A stretch of 64,000 nucleotides of DNA from Chlorokybus atmophyticus (taxonomy: Eukaryota; Plantae; Mesostigma and Chlorokybus algae), in the NCBI GenBank assembly GCA_009103225.1, contig RHPI01002048.1, positions 1 to 64,000 of the forward strand, in the 5' to 3' direction. Shown piece after piece: positions 49,405 to 60,880 of this stretch. Within the stretch, counting starts at the first letter, position 1, and each line of letters opens with the position of its first letter. The notes under the pieces are model-generated. The model ran no database searches. It was given only the letters and a program-made list of their open reading frames with translations, and was not told the DNA's origin. Made by a program: the position numbers and the translations under genes.

Positions 49405-52400
49405 TCAAACGGGCACTTTGTTCATCTCGATCAGCCCATCCTCAGCCTCTTCATTGGTGGCCACTTGGCTAAAGTCACCCCGTTGTTGGCTGCTCGCACG
49501 CTTCACGTAGTACCGATGCCCTAGCAATCCCGCAACCACCAGCACAGCACCCAACACAAGGCCCAAAAGCGCAGCAAGGACAACTGCACTTACTCCAACC
49601 ACCTTGTCCTTGGGCCTGTAGCCATGACGAAGTTATCAGGTAAGTACTTAACCATCAAATGGCATAACTAACCAGGGAAAGAAGGGAACACACCGCACTA
49701 CTCCAGACAGAAGTTACATCAACATCATGTACAACATGACTCAAGGTAGGTCTTACCTTAACTCCTCAAACGGGGAAACGGTACGGACAGACTCGACATG
49801 GTATGAGCCGAACTGGCTGTCCAGCTGAAGCTTTTGCAGCCCTTGGACAATGCGGTCGGTTGTTGTGGCATCCAACAGGTCACCTGCTCGCTCGGCTGTA
49901 ATCATATACGAGACGTCCACATTATCATCGTACGCCAACAGCTGAATCTGAAATGGGTAGAGCAACCAATTAGGGTCATGGCTGCTTGTAGTTACCGTAG
50001 CATCTCAACTGCAATTAAAGTTGGTTGAACATACCTGCGAGGGGCTCAGTTGAAGCTCCCGAGCAACGTTGCTTCTGAAAGTTTCCAGCCGCTGCGTGAA
50101 CGCCTCCAACGGCATAGAAAGCTTCATGTGCACCAATACTTGCGTGGCACAGCCATTGCATGCTGCCGGTTCAACAACAAATTCAGTTTGCAGCCAAGGC
50201 GTGTGTAGAAAGAACAACACCTGCTGTGCACGCCAATAACATGGGAAGCACTTACGAGGTGCGCTTGCGGGTGGGAATGCATCCCCCGTCGCGTTCGTTG
50301 TGGGTGAAACAGCAGGTGGCTGCACACCAGCGTCCGAGCTGGTTGAGGGAGTTGGAGGCAGCAATGCCGGAGGAGAGGGAGGAGGTGGGCCGGGAGCTGG
50401 CGGCGGAGAAGGCACTGTTGACGACAATGGCGCAAGCGAGCCACAGTCTGCTGCGGTGAAGCCGATGCGGCTGTTGCGCCTATCGTAGATGATAAGCTTG
50501 TCCCGCACAGCTATGCCTGCAGATATCGGAAAAAAATGCTTGTTGGTACATGTGTTTCAAGTAGATGTTATTGTCAAGCACCAGGCCCTCACCGCAACTC
50601 ACCTCCGATGAGTGTTCCATCACCAAAGTTGTTGAAGATGCCAAGGCAGTATGCCCCCGGGGTCACCGAGTGCTTAAAGAGGTAGTTGACGGGGAACAGC
50701 TCCAGCCTCGCATTGCCGTCAAATTCCATGTAAAGAGTTGGGAAGACGCTCCCGAGCATCCTCTCGTCCTCGCCGGCATTGCCGAAGCAGATGTCCTCAT
50801 AGCTCGCGTCCGGCCCATCCACAGCAGGCAGCTGAATCACTTGCTTCAACTGCATGCATGAAGCCACTATCAATTGTGCGGTGCAGAACCATGCGCACAA
50901 CATGCTGTTTAGATGCACGCCTCAATGAAGCTCACCCTGTTGACGATTGCCTCAAATGCAGGTGCTGGGATGTAGATAAATGTGGTCCCACTGTCAAGCA
51001 CCGTGCCATAGCTCTGCAGAAACGTGTAGGAGGGGAGTGACAGAGCTTCCCCTTCAACGCCCATGCCGACCGTCCTCAGAGTGTAGTATGATGGGTGCCT
51101 GCACAAGAGCGGACACTACGTGAACAACTTCACAATCCCAGTCAGACCCACTAACAGTCTGTACTTGCACTGTTAATACATTGGTGAAATGCACATTCAC
51201 ACCACAAAAATCACAACACTACTTACTGTGCGTTTTGCACAAGTGGGGTGTAGATCACATCACTCGTGCCAACTGGCAAGTCGTCGCCAAAAATAATAGC
51301 CCCTCCTCCCTCAAAGCCACCATAACACAGCGAGAACACGTCTTCCATAACACCGGCCTCCCTAAGTTGATTGACAACGGATATGTCACCCACACCCAAC
51401 CCCATGATACCATCCGCCAGTTGGTCGTGAATGTCACCAGTTTCCGCGGTCTCACATCCAAACAATATTCGAACCTGCACGCACAATAAGGTCAACCGGG
51501 ATGCCATTGCAAACATAAGTGTGTTATGACGTTGGGTTAGTGATGGATGACTGCAGTATGACATTGCCTCATTGTAAGCAATTCAATACCTCGCCAATTG
51601 GGCCGCCAACAGCAAGCATGTCGGATACGAGCAGGCCGCTGGAGGACGACTCTTCAGCATAGTGTCGCCAGTAAGTGCATTCTTCAGATCGCTGATCTGC
51701 AGCCGGGCATTTGCCTGCGCTGGCACGGCACTGCTGCGATTTGCAGCTCACCGCTTCGTAAGTTGTTGATGCCGCTGGGTTAAACTTTTCATCCTGCAGA
51801 TGAGCCATATTGTTTAGACATGTTCTACTCAACACCATGCTTCCGGCGGCTAAGCATGCACTTGTGCAAACAAGATCTGCCATGAAGCGCCTACGTATCC
51901 TCCAATGCATATGCAGACAGCTGAAGCTTGTGCAACAGGCATTAACGCCACAAGACTCTTCATATAGTCGTTCTTCTCTTGTATTGTACTTAGGCGTGAT
52001 GAGGTGCAGCACCATCAATGAATGCAACATTTGGTTGTCCTTTAAGCAAGAAGCGTGACACAGTGCACATTGCAACCAGCTGCATATTGTAGGTATGCGC
52101 GTACCCAGTGGTTGGAGCCGCAGTTGGTGCACGCGGAACAAGGCACATACGTGATGGTGCTGCCTGTGTCCACAATCACTTGAAACTTCTGGGGCGGTGT
52201 GCCCAAGTGGATGGTCGCATAGTAGTACCTGCATGCAACCATGCACTCAATACTATACTCGAGAGAACACTGCGCTGGCAAAGTGAAGTTATGCTCTCTG
52301 TGTTCCTAGCCATTGTTGCCTGGTATGCGGTACAAAAGCGCCCATGATACGGCGAGTAAGACCGTGTAATGCAAGGTGGTCATGTACATCAACACGAATG

Positions 52401-52796
52401 CAACCCAACCAATGCGCGGCGGTTGCGATGTGGACCTTCAACACAAGCGCTACAACAAAAGTTTAGGTTTCTGCGAGTTGCGTGTTGAGCAACCACAGCA
52501 GCTGGAAAGCAGAAGCGCAGCACAGTCAAACACACCATTCCGAGTCAGCTGACAATGGAAGCTCACCCAAGGCCACGGACAGAGCCGCTGATGTCCAGGC
52601 GGGCGCTAGCAAGGAGCTCCCTGGCGTTGGGGTGGGCGCCAAGAGCGGTCAGCCTGCGGGAGAGTGGAAAGACCAGCGGGGCGGCGGAGGCGAGGCAGCC
52701 CCAGGCGGCGAGCAGCAGGAGCACCGACACCAGACACGATACTCCCCTAGCTGGTAACGACATGGCCGAGCCGGCCGTGCGGTTCGCCGGCGTCAT
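49405..52796 (-). CDS. Pepsin-family (A1) aspartic protease with Pro-rich linker, extra C-terminal domain and TM anchor
   Basis: Signal peptide; YYYATIHLGTPPQKFQVIVDTGSTITYVPC; DGIMGLG; VLDSGTT; YCLGIF; IIYDRRNSRIGF; C-terminal hydrophobic helix VVLAALLGLVLGAVLVVAGLL. An alternative start lies at 52763. Confidence 0.93.
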
Positions 52797-55511
52797 CAGC
52801 CTCCGCTGCAGCGTCGCCACGCTCACCACCTCATCATTCCACCACCCACTGCGTCTCCAGCAAAAGCACACCAGCCCGGGCTTTCAACTGCTCCTGCAAG
52901 CTTCACACACGCAAAGCCCACTGTCGACCACCAGCAGCAATGTGACCAACGACCGTAGCGTCTCTACCACCGCCGCAGCCGACGTCCTGGAGGACGACGC
53001 CGTCGCCGCCGCTGCAGCGGGCCGTACTCGTCTACGCACGCTTACGTGCGCGAGATTCCACGTGCGTGGTGTTTTGAGTTTTGCCCCAATGGTGGCGTTA
53101 GGGTTTACGCCAGTAGCGAATGCCTGGCGTTAGGGCTGTTAAAAGATGGAATCACGAGTTTCACTCCTTTGGTTAGAGTCCTTGGTTGACTGCGGTGGTG
53201 GCAAAAAGGCGGAGTGAAAATGAATCTGTGTGTGACGGGCCGTCAGTCTGCCTCCTGAGGCACGACCCATCATGACTTGTTTGGGGTTTGAAGAGCCCCT
53301 TTTGCTAACAGGCCATTGGATGAAAAGGCTCTGGCAGAAAAGTTGTATGACTGCTTTGCATGAGTGTCGCCGTGTGCCGCATGCATCGACAGTCGGAGTT
53401 GGATGCTGATTGGGTGTCGGCGCACCAGGTGGCATATTCGAGGACGGCATCGCGGCTGTCCGCGGTCATCATGGGTGACTGATGAGAGCGGGTCCTTTGT
53501 CCCCATTAGTCCCATTAGTGTTGTAAGCTGTAAGCTGCGCACTCACAGGTCACGTGACTCAGACGATGAGCGTGCATGCATGATCTGTCCAAGTGTTGTA
53601 GATGCAAAGTGCACACCACACACAAGCAGTGCCACTAAGCAAACGCAAGCAACAATTACAAGCACAACAGCCAGCGAGAAAGATAATTAAGGCAAGAGCA
53701 CAACTAACTATGTGCACTGTCTAAGTAAATGACAAAGGCGAGGATGAGAGCGGTACAGCAGGCATGGCAAGGGTGGCAAGATAGCAGTGAGCCACCGATG
53801 GTCACACAATGCATGCATAAAGTAAGCCACAACTCGCGCCGCTTAGAAAGCAAGCTAAAGTTGAAGGCGGGGCGAGATATATAAATGCACAAATGCAACA
53901 ACCTAGAGTATATCAGTGCAAACACATTCACTGTCACACACGCACAGTCAACAAAGCAAGCGCACACTTAGCCGAGCAAGCACCATCTTGTTACAAGCTA
54001 GCAATAAATCAAGCGAAGGGGGCTGAGGTATGTGCCGCACTGTGACAGTGGTGGCGAAAGCATGACGGGTGCTGCATCGTCCAGCAGCGATAGTATCTGC
54101 GTAAGAGGAGGAGGGAGAAAAAGAGGTAGAGGTGAGATCACAAGGCAAACATTGCAAAGACAACATCCACGACCACGTAAATGCTCCGCCCATGAAGTGG
54201 TTCAGCCCAGCGGCCGCCACAAAAAACGGCTGCAGGCATGATATGACCACAGTCATACCACGCAGCAGTAGCACTCAGCAGCAAAGTCACACAGCAAGTT
54301 ATACACAGCATACACGTGTAGCACATGGTCGAGGAGGCGCTGAAATAGTTACACTCACTCGCACACTGCCTCACATCGCATGCCCAGAATAGGCACGCTC
54401 AGCTAGCATGTGACTTACCTAAAATGATATAACTTTTCACATGGTAGCAAGCACTCATTGAGCAATAGAGCGCTGTGCGCAATCGAAACACGTTAATCAT
54501 TGCAGGGCCTTTACAACCACGTGCGTTGTGTGCACTATGTGCACTAGGCTGGGCGGGACGGGGCAGGACAGTTGAGAATGCAATAGCAAGCAGCAAGTAA
54601 GCAGCAACCAACTGGAGCACACATGCACGGGTGGAAGCGGGGCAGGCTGCATGGTGTGCAGACAATGAATGACACGTTGCATAGCGTGCATTCTTTAAAT
54701 GTGTTGTCGTACATGTGCATAGGCTTTCCAAGCATAGGCAACATAGCAAACACACGCATAACACATGTTTGCATGCGGGTTGGTAATCCATGTTATTAAT
54801 CGTCATGCATGTCGCCTATTGTCTCGCGCATATCCTGTACAAATCACACACATGCATTTCGATTACCACAGGGCTAAGGGGTAGGGCTTAACTATATGCG
54901 CTATATAAGTGTGTGCATGGGGTAAGATGTTCATATCCGATAGTAAGATGCTTAATATACACATCGTAGAAGGAATGGGGATTTCGTGCATGCAAAATTA
55001 CACATGCCGTGTTAACATGCAACGGTGAGCAAAAAATAAAGTATGCAAGAGTGCAATCGTGCATGCTAGCGTGGAAAGAAGTGGCAACATAGATAATTGT
55101 CAATGTTCAACCCGTGTATGCTGATATACTACAAGCGTTAAGCTAGACATGATTGATTTCCTCAGGGCTTAAGTAACCAATGCAAGGCAATAGACATTGC
55201 ACCATCAAGATGCCCATCAGGCTTGACATTGATGTTGTGAACATGCTCCATCGCGGACATCACTACTCATTGACCGTTGCAGTACAATGCGTACAACCTG
55301 TACCACATGTGACAGAGAAAGCGCAGTGCATTAAACTATTCTACAAATTGTGCACATGTCATCCATACAGCACGCAACATTTGATAAAGATTGCTTGCTA
55401 TGGTTGGCCGCGTGCGATATCTAAGATTATATAACCACTGAGATGTGCTTATGAGTATGTGTACAACGACCCTGAAGCCAGGCCAGATGGAGCACCCAGC
55501 TTCTGTGCGGG

Positions 55512-58500
55512 TCAGGAGGTCAGTTCAGCTGCACTAACGTACTGACCATGCTGTTCAAAATACTCTACCATGCCCTTTAGGAAAGGGTCGTTGCCAACGG
55601 TATCACTGTTGCAAATAACAGCACAATGTCGCTGTGCACGTGTCACCGCCACATTCATGCGTCTCTGGTCTTTCAGAAAACCAACCTGTGCGTGCATGAC
55701 CACTAATTATATCACAAACACGTAATGCAATTGCTGCACATGCAATGGCGGATGCAACTGACCTCGCCTCTCTCATTGGACCGCACCATCGATATGATGA
55801 TTGCTTGCTTCTCGCGCCCCTGGAAGCCGTCAACTGAGCTGACCTCTAACGCTGCCAGCTGCTTGTGTTGCATGCGAAGTTCTCGCAGCGCTCCAACCTG
55901 GTGACAGCGTTTGTGAGTAGCTGCAAGTGTGCTCCATGTTAGAAGTTAATTGATACATTTTCAATACTCTGCAGAAGAGCGAGTGTTCAATGTGGTGTGC
56001 ATACGCTTCCATTCCAGATGTCAGATTAGCACATTTGATTGGAATATAGAGGCTGCCTACCTGTCCGTTGTAAGGAGTGATAACGCCAATGTTCAACGCG
56101 GAGACACCACATGACACCAAAGCCAGGGCATGCTTGATGACCAACGCCGCTTCACCAGCATTGAAATAGCTGTCACCATCCTCTTCCCTGCCCTCCTCCA
56201 TCTCGCAACTGTAAACAGATCACTCACTCACAGCGCACCAACTGAAGACGCTTGTATGTGACAGCAACCAGAAATAGATACAGTATTACAATGGCACGTT
56301 TATGTACTGCTGCCACAAACAGATGCTTATACCCAGCTGTGTCGATCAGCAACAAAGGATGCTCAGTAACATCTGCCTTTTTGACACCCTCCACATCACA
56401 AAGGCGATGGGATGCCACTTTAGCGTGAGCTGTCACCAATCCATCGTACAGCGCTGCGGATGACCAGCGCATGATGTCGGAATGCATGCGGTACTGCAAT
56501 ACAAGCACAGCATATTAACTGACGTGGTGTGACTGCAATACATGTAATTGCACAAGACAGAATGCGTGGGGACCTCTAATGCCAGAAATCCTGCCATGTC
56601 ACTAAGGGCACACGCTTACTTGGACAGTGAGCATGGCTGATGCGCCACTGTGTTTGGCCATGATGCGCTCGAAAAGGGTCCGCCCAAGACCCTTGCGTTC
56701 AGCTTCGGTGCTCTGAACTGTTGGGGGAAGCTGCAGGTGGTCCCCAGCGAGCACACAGCGCCGGCCCTTCAATTGAGGCAGCATCACATATAAGATCATG
56801 GTGGCACACGCTGCAGCATTGCCCTGAGCGTACTGTGTTTTTGCATGAAGTGTGCAGTTGAGTGCACTGCTTACCTTGAGAAGGGCCGACCAGCATGCGC
56901 ACTCCAAGGCTTGTGCAGCCTCGTCAATGACGACCAGGTCAAACTGAAGGCCTTGCAGATGGCGACTGCACCAAGCCATGGTCAAGATGCAAAGTTGACG
57001 CAACAAATGTTGTTGTTAACAACTAGTCTACCATACCTGCATGCTCCTGTCAAGGTTGTCAGCACGACATCAGCCGCCTTCATGACATCCACAACAGCCT
57101 GTGCTTGCCGCTGTCGTTCCTGTTGACACGATTGCCACATGATGGATAGTTATTAACATGACACATCACATTTAGGCAGGCATTCTTGAACGAAATCAGC
57201 ATGCCTCTTTCGCAAGCCGCTTCAACTCGCGACGCAGCTCTCCCTTCTCGCGGCGATCGCGAGACTTCAGCAGCTGTCCATTCAGTTTCTGCGGTTGACG
57301 CACAAGCGTCAATTGATTGCAAAGACAGCTTGTGAAGCTAAGCTCTGTGCATGCATGTACAGTTCGAATGCAACCGACACGGAGCACAGCAGAGCCCCAC
57401 GCGATCTCAACGAACTGGTCAATGTTGCACCGTGTTACGGGTCCAGAGGGATTGTCTTGCAGACACCCAACTCGACCGAAAAGAGAGCAGTGCGTTGCAA
57501 TAAGCTAACCTACAGAAAACAGACAGGCACACAGCCACTTGCAGATGCAGCAGCTGGTCCTAATACCTTAATATCTGTTCGTATATCCCGTGCAAGGGCG
57601 CTGTTGTCCGCTCGCAACACCTGTGATAGTGAGCACTGACAATGATAACGCGACACAAGCGAGGAAAGTGCAGCCCACAGCAACTCCCATCGTTCCATCC
57701 CCTGTGACGCGCACCTGTGCATCCAAACAGCTATCCAGAACTGAGGGCAACAACCGCGCCGGATGACCAACACGCACCAACGCGCACCTGCTTGTGGCAA
57801 ACACAGAAAAGACATATATGCACATATGCAACCAGCATGTAGCATGTACAAGTGCAGTGGACCAACTTACTTGTGCCTTGCCAAGCGCTCAACCAGATTG
57901 TCAACTGCAACGTTGGACGCAGCGCAAGCCAAGATTTTGTTGCCTCGCTTGACAGCCTGGAGGATGACCTGTGTGATTGTACCGCGTTGATTCGCAATAA
58001 CCGGTAACAGGTAAGATGAAGGTAGGGCCCGCATCAATCCACTAAGCGCTCACAACCAAAAACACACCTCTACAACAGCAGTCGTCTTTCCTGTGCCAGG
58101 AGGGCCATGTATCAGTGCCGCCTCCTTTGCTGCTAAGGCGCACCTGACTGCAGAAATCTGGAAGTCACAAACAACATCAGACTGCTTGCAGACATCCTGA
58201 TTGAGGCTGCATTCATGGTGTGCAGAATAAACAGCTTGTGACAATGGCTTGCACATGGGATGCAGGCTATAGCAATGTGCCTGAGTTAGCACTCATCCTC
58301 CTGTGCAACATTGCACCAACACAAGCGCCATCACCTGTGACTGATCCAAGTCTCTGTTGATTGGTGCAAAGGTTGCGGATTGTGGATGAGAGGTAGGTGA
58401 ACGAGAGCCAAATAGCACATCGATAAGATCCGCAGCTGGGCCTTTGTCCTGCGGTAACAAGTCTCAGAAGCTGGACACAGGCAATAGGAGATTAAACCGT

Positions 58501-60294
58501 TTGCATGCAACTGTTCATAAAGCAGGCAACATGCCTTACTTGGCTGCGCTTGAGATCAGCGAGGGTGTCCTTGAGGATCCGATAAGTGACCTGCAACATA
58601 TTGTGTTAATTGCAGACCTCTTGCAAGAGTTTATTGCTTGTCCGGAGAGCATCTTCTTGATTCAGTGAATGCACTCTAGCTCACGTCATTGGCAAGCTTC
58701 TCCAACTTCAAAGGTGCATCAAGACCCTCTTCTGGAACATCCTCCACCGCGATTGTTATCGCACTGTCCTACAAATACTATGTCAGCCACATGTTGTGAT
58801 GCAGTCAACATAGCTCACTAATTATCGAATGTCAGGCGTAACAACCATGCTCATGTTGCTTAGAGACATGAAACAACGGCACAAACCTTCAAGCGATATA
58901 CAACGCCTTGCCCAAGAGGAGGGCTGGAGGCCTCTGCTTTATTCGCTCTCAAGGCAACAACATCATGGACCGTGAACTGCACACGCAGCAACGCAATGTC
59001 AAGCACATAATAGCTGAACAGCATGCATGTGAAGTGAGGGAGAAGGTGTTCCGGATATGTCACCTTGTGTGGTGGAAGAAGCTCTCCTCGGTTTGGTTCG
59101 AGGACGAGCACTGTCTTGCCAAACAGGCCTGACTGGTCACAGACCCTGGCTTTGAGTCAGGACAAGATAAGAAAGAACATGACAAAAGCTACTGCAGCAG
59201 CGACATACCTGCACGTCTGTGCACTTCAAGTTGAGCAGTGTGCGTCCTCGCTTCAGAGTGCTCTGCACACTTGCGTTTGCAATTGCACTAGCCGCAGCGT
59301 CCATTTCAGCACTCTGCCCACGCAGCGATTAGTCACTTAATCTTACGCTGATGCATGAGGTAACACAATCACAACCTTCTCTAGGTCGATCAGCGGGAGG
59401 GTCTGTGCAACAAAGTCATCAAGACTCAGTGCCGTGTGGTGCTGAGGCTTCGCATAATGTTGCTTGGTTGAAGCAGCAGGCGCCTGCGGCTTTGAAGCAT
59501 TCAGCGCGTTCAACAGCTTTGCGCGAACATCCTGCTGCAGGAACTTGCACATGGCAGCTGCCAGGTCCTCGTTGGCGAAGAACTCGCCTGCTCTACATAT
59601 GTGTGACCATCAGCAAACCATTGAGGCTGAAGAGATTGCAAGCTACTGCACTTGACTTCAACCTACCCCACCTGAGCTGTCGATTTCCCAGTGCGTGCCA
59701 TCTGTGACATTATCGCGCCACAATGTTATTTGACGGGAGCCCTCGTCGCCCTGACTCTGGTGCCGCAGGCCATGCGCTTCTGCCAACTCTGCATAAACAA
59801 GAAGCGTGTCAGCAAAGATCGCCAGCATATACTGTTAACCTTGCAAGACAACACTCAATCAGATGCAACAAGACGGCGTTGGTTTCAGTAAGGCATGTGA
59901 CCATACACCCACCATGCAGGAGGGCTCGTTGACGTGCCGACAGCGTCGGTGGCAAGGTGATTCGTGCAATGGGTGAATCGTCTGACGGCGAAGCTGCGCT
60001 GTCCTGCAAACCGGTAGACATGCAATCGGCGTCAAAGCAACAATTAGCCAACATGGAGCATTGCAGATGTAACCACGGAGAAGGACGCGGCGGCTCAGTG
60101 CATGCAAGCAGTGCAACCAGGCAAGGAGCTTGATTCCTGACAATGCCTTCAGATGAGTGAGACTGTACCGTAGTGCTTATTGTTCTCGCTTGCGTGTGAG
60201 CATTAGCTGCTGCGCTGGAAGCCTGGCCTCCGTGCTTGCGGGCAGCCGCCGAGCGCTTGGCCGCCGCTTTGCGCTGCGCTGCTTCCGAAACCAT
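55512..60294 (-). CDS. IGHMBP2: IGHMBP2/SMUBP-2-like SF1 (Upf1-like) helicase with an N-terminal R3H domain
   Basis: [89 protein letters not shown]; upstream [21 protein letters not shown]. Confidence 0.93.
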
Positions 60295-60880
60295 GGCGGC
60301 GACCGTCCACGCACCTAGCCGCAATCAGACCCCAAGGCCAAGCCGCACTGGGCCGCAACGGGCGAGCCCAGGCCAGCCCAGGCCAGCCCAGCCCAGGCCA
60401 AGCAAGGCAAGGCAAGGCGAGGCCAGCCGCCGCCACAAAGCCACTGCACACACTGCAGTGCACGTTAGGGCTTCAAAACCAGCGCTAATATCTGTGCGAC
60501 AATATGTTTTTCATAGGCAGGCTGATATCTGCTTTGGCAATGCACACTGCAGTCACAGAGAAGATGCTTTGATCCAGCAGCTGAGTGCACTGTGCACCAC
60601 ACTGCGGCGGCGGCCGTGGAGGCGGTGTCGGCGTCGTTCAGGTGTGGCTGTAGCTGTGGTCTTCATGTGCAATGTACTTGCATGGTGTGCCTGTTGAGAG
60701 CAACGGGCAGGTTGGGTGTGCTTTGATCGCCCTTTTTCATGGGCATGCGCAATGCTGCTTGTCACCGCTCGCAGTGAGCGTTTGGTTCGCTTGCCAGCTG
60801 GCGTTTGACGTTGTTTGTATTCATTTTGAGGATGCATGAGCAGGTAGCGAGCACCTAGTGAAGATAAGGGGCTTGACGCC

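Noticed and set aside
53098-53134. Telomere-like TTAGGGTTT / AAACCCTAA motifs (also near 6235, 8281, 13250, 34659)
   Set aside because: They are single copies, at most telo-box-like, and not an interstitial telomere array.
60350-60425. AGCCC/AGGCC pentamer repeats upstream of the helicase resembling site II elements
   Set aside because: A simple GC-rich low-complexity repeat explains them equally well.
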